64,000 nt of DNA from Chloroflexota bacterium (lineage in GTDB: Bacteria > Chloroflexota > UBA11872). Positions within the stretch are counted from its first letter, which is position 1. The number at the start of each line of letters is the position of its first letter. The notes beneath the pieces were generated by a model. It ran no database searches and was not told where the DNA came from. It worked only from the letters and a program-made list of their open reading frames with translations. A program made the translations under genes and the position numbers. The DNA is taken from NCBI GenBank assembly GCA_026707585.1, contig JAPOWQ010000006.1:174411-238410 (forward strand), given 5' to 3'. Positions 1 through 8,578 of the stretch are shown one piece after another.

Positions 1-865
1 TTCGCTGGGCCAGCTCTTCGCCCGTGGCGCCCTGCGCGCTACGCGGAACGTGCAGTTGCTGCTGATGCCCGCGGCGCCCGACCACGGCAGCGAACCCCCG
101 GCGCGGGTCGCCGAGGCGATGGCCGAAGCCGATGTGTGCTTCCTGCCCACCAGCAAGTCCCTCAGCCACACGCACGCGCGCCGGAACGCCAGCGCCGCCG
201 GCGCCCGCGTCGCCAGCATGCCCTCCATCACCTACGAAATGGCCATGCGCACCCTACGGGTCGACTACGCCGCCATTGCCCGCACCTCCCAGGCGCTGGC
301 CGACCTGCTCTCCGCCGCATCCGCCGTGCGCCTCACCGCCCCCGGTGGGACCGACCTCTACCTGGACCTGAACGGTCGCCAGGGCTTCGCCGACACCGGC
401 GTCTTCACCGCCTCCGGCGCGTTCGGCAACCTGCCGGCCGGCGAGGCCTTCGTCGCACCGCTCGAGGGCCGTGCGCATGGAACCCTCGTATTTGACGCCG
501 CCCTGCCGGTGGACGACCCCGACGACGCCGTGGCCAGCGCGCCAATGCTGATCGAAGTGCGCGACGGCCTCGCCCACAACGTCACCGGCCCCGGTGCCCG
601 GGACCTGCAAGCTGTCTTCGACCGCCTGGGCAAGGACGCCCGCAACATCGCTGAACTCGGCATCGGCACCAACCCCGCCACCCGCATCAGCGGCAACGTC
701 CTCGAATGCGAAAAGGTCGTCGGGACGGCCCACGTGGCGCTCGGCAACAGCCTCCACATCGGCGGCGCCACCGATGTTCCGTTCCACAGCGACGGCGTCC
801 TCAACCGGCCCACGATCATGGCCGGCGACACGCCGCTCATCGAGGACGGGCGACTGGCGGTGTGA
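1..865 (+). CDS. Aminopeptidase, M29 (AmpS/PepS/aminopeptidase T-like) family; 5' end lies outside the window (frame open to position 2)
   Basis: Motifs 'VVGTAHVALGNSLHIGG' and 'GEAFVAPLEG' resemble the M29 thermophilic aminopeptidase family. The frame is open from the window edge. Confidence 0.55.
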   Translation, partial: SLGQLFARGALRATRNVQLLLMPAAPDHGSEPPARVAEAMAEADVCFLPTSKSLSHTHARRNASAAGARVASMPSITYEMAMRTLRVDYAAIARTSQALADLLSAASAVRLTAPGGTDLYLDLNGRQGFADTGVFTASGAFGNLPAGEAFVAPLEGRAHGTLVFDAALPVDDPDDAVASAPMLIEVRDGLAHNVTGPGARDLQAVFDRLGKDARNIAELGIGTNPATRISGNVLECEKVVGTAHVALGNSLHIGGATDVPFHSDGVLNRPTIMAGDTPLIEDGRLAV

Positions 866-875
866 CCGAATCTGG

Positions 876-1722
876 CATGCGCCTCGCCCGTACGGCCGCC
901 GCCGCTGTGATTGCCCTGGCGCTGGCCGCCGCCACCTGCGCCGCGCCCCGCAGCGTCGCTCCCGCCGCGCCCCCCACGCCGACACCGTCCCCTACCTGGA
1001 CGCCCATTCCCCTTGCCACCGCCACGCCCCGTCCGACGCCCACCCCCACGCAGGCGCCGACCGTCGTGGCCGTGGCCACGGCCGTGGCGCCACAGCCCTC
1101 GCCGCCGACCGACGCGCCCGCGACGAGCCCAACGCCGCCCCCGCCCACCGCCTCGCCCGAGGAACTGGCGCGCTACAGCACCGAAGAACTACAGGCGCGC
1201 CTGCCTGATCCCACCGTGCTATCGGACCGTCTCGGTGTGCCCGTGGTCCGTGGCGCCGACGAAGACATCACCGCGGCCAACTTCGGCCTTCAGGGCCAGT
1301 TTCTTGATCCGCTCATCATCCGCCGTCCTGATCCGTTTCTGTTCGCACTTCTGTTCGTGGGCCAGACGGCCTCCAGCGCGGAAGAGTTCCTGGCCGACAA
1401 CCTCCTCGACGCGCCCGGTCCTTTCTTGGAGACCGTGGCCAGCGGCCTTGTCGAAGGGTTTCAAACCTCGGAGCGTCCAGCTGATGTGGTGGCCCTGGTT
1501 GTGCAGGCGCCTCCGCCCGTTGGCGAGCGCTCCGCCGCCGCCCGCACCCGCGTAGTCAGCGGGACCGACGCCTTTGAAGCCCGCCTGCTGATTACCGAGC
1601 AGTCGGACATCCTCGTGCTGGTCCTGCAGATCGCGCGCGCCGACCAGGACACCACTGTTGACCTGCTGGACGATGTCGACCTCGCCTCTGCGGTTCTGAC
1701 CTCGGAAATCCCACGTGGGTAA
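876..1722 (+). CDS. Hypothetical secreted Pro/Thr/Ala-rich lipoprotein
   Basis: ATG at 876 gives MRLARTAAAAVIALALAAATCAAP (signal peptide with a lipobox-like A-T-C). A long PT-rich linker is followed by a globular C-domain, and GC3-rich codon usage supports it. The upstream part of track ORF 706..1722 overlaps the aminopeptidase. Confidence 0.45.
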
Positions 1723-2013
1723 CCCAGGCCTCGCGGCTTGCCTGCGAACCTCGCGCCGGCGCCGAAGGTGCGACCCCTGGTCCCGCCACTCACTGGCTTC
1801 GCCGGCAGGCGCGGCCTCCAACGCAGGGTCTCACCTGCTCAGGAACCCACCAAAACCCGCCATGCTCCCGGCAAGCTTCGCCGCGTCGGCAGTCTCGGCC
1901 TGACGCGGGCAGGCGCGGGATCTATTGAGGAATCTAACCGGGTTTCAGGTTTGGCCAGCCCTGGATTCCGGGGGTTGGCAGGCGCAGCGCGCCGCCCCGC
2001 GGTCCGAGGAGCC

Positions 2014-2538
2014 CTAGGTTCCGGCTGCAGGGGTCGGCGTCTCCTCCGCCGGCAACTCCAGCTCCAGCGGCGACGCGTCCGTGTAACGCAGTTCCAACCG
2101 GCCCACCTGGACCAGTCGCAAGAAGTGATGCCCTGGAGCGAATTCGAACACGTCGAAATGCACCGGGATGGCATACGGCCCCAGCGTCCCATTGGGCTCC
2201 GGCAGCAACGTCGCGATCAGCGTTTCGTCGATGTAGGCGCGGATCCAGCACGTCTCTGGCTGGAACTCCGTCCCCAATACCTCGGGGCACGGATCCCACC
2301 CGGACGACCGTGTAATCCACAGTTCTTGCCGTCCCGCAATCTGGACCTTGGTCGTGGCGAACTCGGCCTCGATCGTCACCTGGGCCTTGTCGGCCACGTC
2401 AAGCACAAACGGCTCGTCGGATTCCGGCTCGCCCGGCCCGCAGGCAACCAGGACCAGCGCCAGCGCCACACCGGCCATCGGCGCCAAGGCGCGCAGCCGC
2501 GTCCGGATTGGTAAACGGTGTCTTGCAAACATCTCCAA
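2014..2538 (-). CDS. Hypothetical lipoprotein
   Basis: N-terminus MAGVALALVLVACGPG carries a lipobox LVAC. No recognisable domain. Divergent from the two-component operon. Confidence 0.45.
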   Translation of the reverse strand: MEMFARHRLPIRTRLRALAPMAGVALALVLVACGPGEPESDEPFVLDVADKAQVTIEAEFATTKVQIAGRQELWITRSSGWDPCPEVLGTEFQPETCWIRAYIDETLIATLLPEPNGTLGPYAIPVHFDVFEFAPGHHFLRLVQVGRLELRYTDASPLELELPAEETPTPAAGT

Positions 2539-2587
2539 TGTTCAATCTACCGCGAAAAACGACCCCTGCCGCATGTAGGCTCCCGTC

Positions 2588-3289
2588 ATGGCGCTTGACC
2601 AGCCTGTCGCGAAGCCGCGTTTGCTCGCCGTCGACGACGATCCCGAGATCCTGGACCTTCTGGATCGCGGCCTCAAGATCGAGGGCTTCGACGTTCGCGT
2701 CGCATCCAGTGGCGACGCCGCCCTCAAGGCGCTCGCGGAGCATCCCACCGACGTCGTCGTGCTCGACGTCATGATGCCCGGCCTCGATGGGCTCGCCGTC
2801 ATACAGCGCATTCGCGAGACGAGCGATGTCCCCGTCCTGTTCCTCAGCGCCCGTGAGCGTGTCCGCGACCGCATCGCTGGTCTTGACGCCGGCGGCGACG
2901 ACTACTTGCCCAAACCCTTCGCCTTTGGCGAGCTTGTCGCCCGCATCCGCGCCCTCCTCCGCCGCCCCGGCACGCCGGAATCCGAGCGGCTCGTCTTCGC
3001 CGACCTCCAACTGGATGAATCCGCTCGCCAGGCCACTCGCGCCGGCATCGTCGTCCCGCTGACCACGACCGAGTTCGACCTGCTGCGCGTCTTCTTGCGC
3101 GAACCCCGGCGCGTCCTATCCCGCGAGCGCCTGCTGGAGGCCGCCTGGGGTTTCGCGCCCGACACCATCTCCAACGTTGTGGACGTCTACGTTGGCTACC
3201 TGCGCCGCAAGCTGGAAGCCGACGGTCGTCGCCGCCTCATCTGGACGGTCCGCGGTGCCGGCTACGTGCTGCGTGAGGACGGCGCATGA
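2588..3289 (+). CDS. Two-component response regulator, OmpR/PhoB family (receiver + winged-helix)
   Basis: Receiver motifs 'LLAVDDDPEILDLL', 'VLDVMMPGLDG' and 'DDYLPKPF'. The C-terminal 'TTTEFDLLRVFLREPRRVLSRERLL...YVGYLRRKLE' is an OmpR-type wHTH. Confidence 0.9.
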   Translation: MALDQPVAKPRLLAVDDDPEILDLLDRGLKIEGFDVRVASSGDAALKALAEHPTDVVVLDVMMPGLDGLAVIQRIRETSDVPVLFLSARERVRDRIAGLDAGGDDYLPKPFAFGELVARIRALLRRPGTPESERLVFADLQLDESARQATRAGIVVPLTTTEFDLLRVFLREPRRVLSRERLLEAAWGFAPDTISNVVDVYVGYLRRKLEADGRRRLIWTVRGAGYVLREDGA

Positions 3290-4710
3290 GCATCCGGCTC
3301 AAGCTGCGGCTTCTCTACCTCGCCTGCATCGCGGTCACCATTACCGTCTTCGGCATCGGGCTCCAACTCCTCCTCATGGCGCACGTCGATACGGAAGTCG
3401 ACGAGACCCTCCGCGCTCGTTCCCGCGAAGTCGTACGCATTGCCCAGGTCAGCGGTGGTCTCACCGGCGTCCGTCCCGAGGTCGGCATGCTCATCGAGCT
3501 TCCCGTCGATGAGCTCCGCGAACGCGAGGTCTACCTCCAGGTGCTCGATCCGCAGGGTCGACCCGTTGTCGCGTCCGTCAACCTGCGTGGACAGTCGCTG
3601 CCCGTCACCGATGGCGCCAGGCACGTGATCGACACCCACGAGGAAGCCATCGAGACCATCAACGTCGCCGGTCGCTTCCGCCTGCGTCTGCTCAGCGTCC
3701 CGATCCTGCGCGGCGACGATCTGGTCGGCGTCCTGCAAAGCGCCCAGTCGCTCCAGCTCGCCGACAGCACCACCGAACGCTCGCGCAATCTCCTCATCGG
3801 TGGGGCGGCCGTCGTCTTCGTCGTCGCCTCCCTCAGCGCCCTCTATCTCACGCGCACGGCCGTCAATCCCGTGGCTGAAATCACCCGCACCGCCGAAGCC
3901 ATCTATCGCCAGGGCGACCTCAGTCGCCGCATCAACATCGGCGCCGGCAAGGACGACCTCAGCGCCTTGGGCCGAACCTTCAACCGTATGCTCGACCATA
4001 TCGAGGACAGCGTGGAGGCCCAACGCCGCTTCGTCGGCGACGCGTCCCACGAACTCAAGACCCCCCTCACCGTCATCCGCGGCAACGCCGAACTCCTCGG
4101 CCGCGATCCCGCCGGAGTCGACGCCCCCGCCGCCGCCGCCATCACCCGCGAGGCCGACCGCATGCAGCGCATCGTCAACGACTTGCTCGCCGTCGCCGAG
4201 CTCGATGCGCCCGGCGAGCTCAAGTTCGAACTCGTCAACCTCCGCGCGCTGGTCGTGAGTGTCCTCGCCGACTTAGGCCCCGTGGCCGCCGGCCGCTCCC
4301 TCGTTCTCGTCGGCTCCGACGCCGCCTGGGTCTTCGGCGACGCCGACAAACTGGAACGCGCCCTCCGTAACCTCGTCCAGAACGCCATTACCGCTACGCC
4401 GGACGACGGCGCCATTCAGGTCAGACTCACGGTCCGCGACCGCACCGCGTCCCTCACCGTCAGCGACAACGGCCCAGGCATCCCCACCCAGCATCTCCCA
4501 CACGTCTTCGACCGGTTCTATCGGGCGGACCCCGCCCGCTCGCGCGCCGGCGGCGGCACCGGTCTCGGCCTTACCATCGTGCGCAGCGTCGCCGAAACCC
4601 ACGGCGGCAGCGTCCAGGCCCGCGGCGCCGACCTCGGCGGCGCCGAGTTTGAAATCCGCCTCCCCGCCGGCCGCCCACCCGCTCAGGGAGAACCACGAAC
4701 CGGTTCGTAG
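3286..4710 (+). CDS. Sensor histidine kinase (TM - HAMP - HisKA - HATPase_c)
   Basis: H-box 'FVGDASHELKTPLT', N-box 'LRNLVQNAITAT', 'DNGPGIP' and 'GGTGLGLTIV'. It overlaps the response regulator by 4 nt, indicating an operon. Confidence 0.9.
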   Translation: MSIRLKLRLLYLACIAVTITVFGIGLQLLLMAHVDTEVDETLRARSREVVRIAQVSGGLTGVRPEVGMLIELPVDELREREVYLQVLDPQGRPVVASVNLRGQSLPVTDGARHVIDTHEEAIETINVAGRFRLRLLSVPILRGDDLVGVLQSAQSLQLADSTTERSRNLLIGGAAVVFVVASLSALYLTRTAVNPVAEITRTAEAIYRQGDLSRRINIGAGKDDLSALGRTFNRMLDHIEDSVEAQRRFVGDASHELKTPLTVIRGNAELLGRDPAGVDAPAAAAITREADRMQRIVNDLLAVAELDAPGELKFELVNLRALVVSVLADLGPVAAGRSLVLVGSDAAWVFGDADKLERALRNLVQNAITATPDDGAIQVRLTVRDRTASLTVSDNGPGIPTQHLPHVFDRFYRADPARSRAGGGTGLGLTIVRSVAETHGGSVQARGADLGGAEFEIRLPAGRPPAQGEPRTGS

Positions 4711-5025
4711 AGACCCACTCCACCTACGAACGCGCGGCAGCTCACCGGCCCCGCGCGGCCCTCAATCCCCCGAAGACTCTCTCCGTGTAGCCGGCTCGGC
4801 GTAACCCGGCTGGCGCTTGGCGCCTCTCCCCTAACCCCGGGCTGAGTCTGTGGCAGGCTCCAGCCCTCTCGCCCGCGAAGAGAGAGCAAGCGCGGCGGGG
4901 CCATTGGCGCCGCACACCGTCGACCATTGCCTGCCGGCCAACGAAGGCGGCCTCGGCCGTTCCCGCTCGGAGCGGCGAGCGGGCGCCCTGGCCCTCGATG
5001 ATCGGCGCGGGTGACGAACCAGGAG

Positions 5026-5466
5026 CTACTGGCGGCCGCCCAGCGGCACGTCGCGGCCTTCGTCCAGGTCCAGGCGGTCGAACTGGCGGCTGACGTCGGT
5101 GCGGTGGGACTGGCCGATGTCGGCCATGAATTGCCAGAAGCGCTGGCGGGCCGCGTCGTCGTCGGGGGTCCTGGTCATCATTTCGTGGTTGAAGGCCATG
5201 ATCTCGGTGGCGGAGCGGGGCCGCATGCGCGCCTTGATCCAGGCCCAGACGTCCTCGTCGCTGTCGCGCGCGGCGACGGCGTCCACGAAGTCCTGCGGTT
5301 CGATTCCCAGGAATTCCAGCAGCATTCCGGAAAAGAAGGTACGCGAGATGTACTCCCCGAGCGCACCGGCGAGCTCGGCGCGCACCTTGTCGATGGCCCG
5401 CGGTAGAAACACGATCCCGTGCATGGATTCGTACGGACTGCGCGGGACGCCATTTACCAGATCCAT
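5026..5466 (-). CDS. Hypothetical protein (resembles DUF5069-type small proteins)
   Basis: 146-aa ORF with coding-like codon bias. The DUF5069 resemblance comes from recalled motifs only, so it is uncertain. Confidence 0.45.
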   Translation of the reverse strand: MDLVNGVPRSPYESMHGIVFLPRAIDKVRAELAGALGEYISRTFFSGMLLEFLGIEPQDFVDAVAARDSDEDVWAWIKARMRPRSATEIMAFNHEMMTRTPDDDAARQRFWQFMADIGQSHRTDVSRQFDRLDLDEGRDVPLGGRQ

Positions 5467-5693
5467 TGGGTGTCTCCCTCAACAGAGCCTATATCTCGAC
5501 CGGCCGGACTGTGATAGTGGTTCGCCGTCCGGCGTCCGGCAACCCGGCCGGGGGTCCCGCGATGCCCTACGAGGAGCGCGCGGAGGTTGCGGCTCGAGTC
5601 AGGGGCGTCATCGAGTAGGCGCGGGCGGCGGTCATTGCGGGTGGCCGGCTGGCACCATGCGGTTGGTTGTTCGCTCCCGTGCCAGGCGCTGCC

Positions 5694-6845
5694 ATGAAGA
5701 TTGCCGATATCCAGTTTTATTCGTTCAATCCGGGCCGTCGGAACCTGGAGGTGGTGCGGATCGAGTCGGACAACGGGTACTACGGCTGGGGTGAGATTGG
5801 CCTGACCTCGCGGGACCGGGCGGTGCGCGGGGCCGTGTCACACTTTCGCGACTTCCTGATCGGGCAGGACCCGCGGCGGATCGGGCGGATCTGGCAGGAG
5901 ACCTACCGCAGCCAGTACTTCGAGGGCGGGCGCGTGCTGACCAGCGCCATGTCGGCCATCGACATTGCCCTGCACGACCTGGTGGCCAAGAGCCTCGGAG
6001 TGCCCGTCTACCAGCTGCTGGGCGGCAAGCAGCGCGACTTCGTGCCCTGCTTCGTCACCACAAACTCACGGAACCAGGACGACCTGGTCGAGGAGGTGAA
6101 GGGCCTGGTGGCGGAGGGCTGGGAGTGCATCCGCACCCTGGTCTGGGGTCTCTGGGAGACCGAGGGGCAGGTCTTTGCGCCGCGCGAGTCCGTGGCCATC
6201 ACCGCTGAGTGGCATACGGCGGTGCGCGAGGCCGTGGGGCCGGGTCCCGTGATTGGGCCCGACTACCACCACCGGCTGAGCGTGGCCGAGGCCGCCTCCT
6301 ACTGCCAGCGCATGCCGCCGGGCACCATCGACTTCCTGGAGGAGCCGATCCGCGACGAAACGCCGGCGGCCTACGCCACCCTGCGGTCAATGACCGACAT
6401 CCCGTTCGCCATTGGTGAGGAGTTCTCCAGCAAGTGGCAGTTCGCGCCGTACGTCGAGCAGGGGCTGACCAACTTCGCCCGGCTGGACATTTGCAACGTG
6501 GGCGGCTTCACCGAAGCCATGAAGGTGGCGGGTTGGTGCGAGACGCACTACATCGACCTGATGCCGCATAACCCATTGGGGCCGGTCTGCACCGCCGCGA
6601 GCGTACAGCTGGGCGCGGCCGTGCCCAACTGGGCGTGGCTGGAAGACCGGACCGTTGACCTGGGCCGGCTGTACTCGGACGAGATCTTTCCCGTGCAACC
6701 GAAGCTGGACGGGGTCTGGTATCCGGTGCCCGACACTCCCGGCCTGGGCGTGGAGATCGACCTGGATGTCATCAAGGAGATTCCCTCCCGCCAGACCGAA
6801 ACCCCGCATACGGTTCGACCGGACGGGTCCGTTACGAACTTCTGA
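5694..6845 (+). CDS. Enolase-superfamily dehydratase (D-mannonate/D-galactonate dehydratase-like, MR/MLE family), copy 1
   Basis: 'MKIADIQF...VVRIESDNGYYGWGE' N-terminal capping domain, 'FVPCF', and C-terminal barrel motifs typical of ManD/GalD-like enolases. Confidence 0.8.
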   Translation: MKIADIQFYSFNPGRRNLEVVRIESDNGYYGWGEIGLTSRDRAVRGAVSHFRDFLIGQDPRRIGRIWQETYRSQYFEGGRVLTSAMSAIDIALHDLVAKSLGVPVYQLLGGKQRDFVPCFVTTNSRNQDDLVEEVKGLVAEGWECIRTLVWGLWETEGQVFAPRESVAITAEWHTAVREAVGPGPVIGPDYHHRLSVAEAASYCQRMPPGTIDFLEEPIRDETPAAYATLRSMTDIPFAIGEEFSSKWQFAPYVEQGLTNFARLDICNVGGFTEAMKVAGWCETHYIDLMPHNPLGPVCTAASVQLGAAVPNWAWLEDRTVDLGRLYSDEIFPVQPKLDGVWYPVPDTPGLGVEIDLDVIKEIPSRQTETPHTVRPDGSVTNF

Positions 6846-6958
6846 GCGTCGTGGGCAGGATGCACAAGACTTTCCACGGCTATATGAACCTCTGCGCAAC
6901 CCGAGCGCGGGTGCCCGGAAGACCCCTCACCGATTTCGGCCGAAGACGCCCGAATCTG

Positions 6959-6976
6959 CCTCTCCCCGTGGAGAGG
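6959..6976 (+). terminator. Candidate stem-loop (CCTCTCC-ccgt-GGAGAGG) downstream of dehydratase copy 1
   Basis: 7-bp perfect stem seen in the sequence. No U-tract follows, so terminator function is uncertain. Confidence 0.25.
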
Positions 6977-7107
6977 GTGAAGAACGGCGTCCCCTTGATT
7001 GGATTGAGACCAAACACATTTGCTATCCCCCGGGGCGGGAGTAGGAGCGGTCGCACCTGGGAAGACGAGGGGCGTATTGCAGAAGTCTCTCTCGGGAGCG
7101 AACGGGC

Positions 7108-7305
7108 GTGAGAGTGACCTATGATCCCGAGGCGGACACGGTGGTCGTTAGCCTGCGGGATTCGGCTATTGAAGAGAGCGACGAGGTTCGGCCGGGTGTG
7201 ATCGCGGACTTTGATTCGGCCGGTGAGGTCGTGCGCTTTGAGGTCCTTGACGCATCGCGCGTTGTTGAGAATCCGCGTGAGATGCGGTTCGTCGCAACCG
7301 AATAG
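7108..7305 (+). CDS. DUF2283-family small protein (putative antitoxin-like partner; orphan)
   Basis: 'MRVTYDPEADTVVVSL...FDSAGEVVRFEVLDAS' matches the DUF2283 pattern (MKIxYDxEADALYIxL ... GxIVGIEILNAS). It lies in the lower-GC spacer between the duplicated dehydratase genes. Confidence 0.6.
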   Translation: MRVTYDPEADTVVVSLRDSAIEESDEVRPGVIADFDSAGEVVRFEVLDASRVVENPREMRFVATE

Positions 7306-7378
7306 CGACTCACGCGCCGGACGGCGCCGCCGGCTGGCACCATGAGGTGTGCCGTCCGCCACCGTGCCAGGCGCCGTC

Positions 7379-8533
7379 ATGAAAATCGCCGACATCCAGT
7401 TTCACGCCTTCAACCCGGGCTTTCGCAACGTGCAGACCGTGCGGATCGAGTCCGATAACGGCTACTACGGCTGGGGCGAGGCCGGCCTGAGCACCCGCGA
7501 CCTGGCGGTGGGCGGCGCGGTGTCCCACTTTCGGGACTTCCTGATCGGCCAGGACCCGCGCCAGATCGGGCGTATCTGGCAGGAGGTCTATCGCAGCCAG
7601 TACTTCGAGGGTGGGCGGGTGCTGACCTCGGCGATGTCGGCCATCGACATCGCCCTACACGACTTGGTGGCCAAGAGTCTCGGCGTGCCGGTCTACCAGC
7701 TGCTGGGCGGCAAGCAGCGCGACTTCGTGCCCTGTTTCGTGACCACGCGCTCCAGCGACCTGGACGAGCTGATCGCGGAAGTCAAGGGCCTGGTGGCGGA
7801 CGGCTGGGAGTGCATCCGCACCTCAATGTACGGTCCCGGGATCAGCGACGGGAGTAACCGCTTCGAGCCGCGCGAGTCCGTGGCCGTGACCGCGGAATGG
7901 CATACGGCGCTGCGCGAGGCCGTGGGACCGGGCCCGGTGCTGGGCCCCGACTACCACCACCGGCTGAGCGTGGCCGAGGCGGCCTCCTACTGCCAGCGCA
8001 TGCCGCCGGGCACGATCGACTTCCTGGAAGAACCGATCCGCGACGAGAGCCCCAACGCCTACGCCACCCTGCGCACGATGACCGACGTGCCCTTCGCGAT
8101 CGGCGAGGAGTTCTCCAGCAAGTGGCAGTTCGCGCCCTATATCGAGCAGGGCCTGACCAACTTCGCTCGCGTTGACATCTGCAACGTGGGCGGTTTCACG
8201 GAGGCCATGAAGGTGGCGGGCTGGTGCGAGGTCCATTACATCGACCTGATGCCGCACAACCCGCTGGGTCCGGTCTGCACGGCGGCCAGCGTGCACATGG
8301 GCGCGGCCGTGCCGAACTGGGCCTGGCTTGAAGATCGCGGCCCGGACCTGGGACGGCTCTATTCCGATGAGCTCTTCCCGGTCCAGCACAAGCTGGACGG
8401 CGTCTGGTACCCCGTGCCCGACACGCCCGGCCTGGGCGTGGACATCGACCTGGACGTCGTCAAGGAACTCCCGGTCAGCCACTGGGAGGCCCCGCACCTC
8501 ACCCGGCCCGACGGGTCGGTTACGAATTGGTAA
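7379..8533 (+). CDS. Enolase-superfamily dehydratase (ManD/GalD-like), copy 2 (tandem paralogue)
   Basis: Nearly identical to copy 1 at protein and DNA level, including ~55 bp of upstream leader. Confidence 0.8.
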   Translation: MKIADIQFHAFNPGFRNVQTVRIESDNGYYGWGEAGLSTRDLAVGGAVSHFRDFLIGQDPRQIGRIWQEVYRSQYFEGGRVLTSAMSAIDIALHDLVAKSLGVPVYQLLGGKQRDFVPCFVTTRSSDLDELIAEVKGLVADGWECIRTSMYGPGISDGSNRFEPRESVAVTAEWHTALREAVGPGPVLGPDYHHRLSVAEAASYCQRMPPGTIDFLEEPIRDESPNAYATLRTMTDVPFAIGEEFSSKWQFAPYIEQGLTNFARVDICNVGGFTEAMKVAGWCEVHYIDLMPHNPLGPVCTAASVHMGAAVPNWAWLEDRGPDLGRLYSDELFPVQHKLDGVWYPVPDTPGLGVDIDLDVVKELPVSHWEAPHLTRPDGSVTNW

Positions 8534-8578
8534 TGGGGGACTGACCATGGTGTCCTGTGCGTCAACGGCGCTTGCGAG

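Noticed and set aside
254-1208. Several overlapping ORFs (254..985 -, 358..840 -, 594..1208 +, 911..1555 +) across the aminopeptidase/lipoprotein region
   Set aside because: These are alternative frames of genes with clear homology or signal peptides. The Pro/Arg-rich junk translations mark GC artefacts.
3262-4050. 262-aa minus-strand ORF inside the histidine kinase gene
   Set aside because: It is antisense to the HAMP/HisKA region, which has unambiguous kinase motifs.
6851-7111. 86-aa ORF upstream of the DUF2283 gene as a possible DUF4258 toxin partner
   Set aside because: The sequence (MGRMHKTFHGYMNLCATRARVPGRP...) does not resemble the DUF4258 pattern and is Arg/Pro-rich. It was recorded only as a possible degraded remnant.
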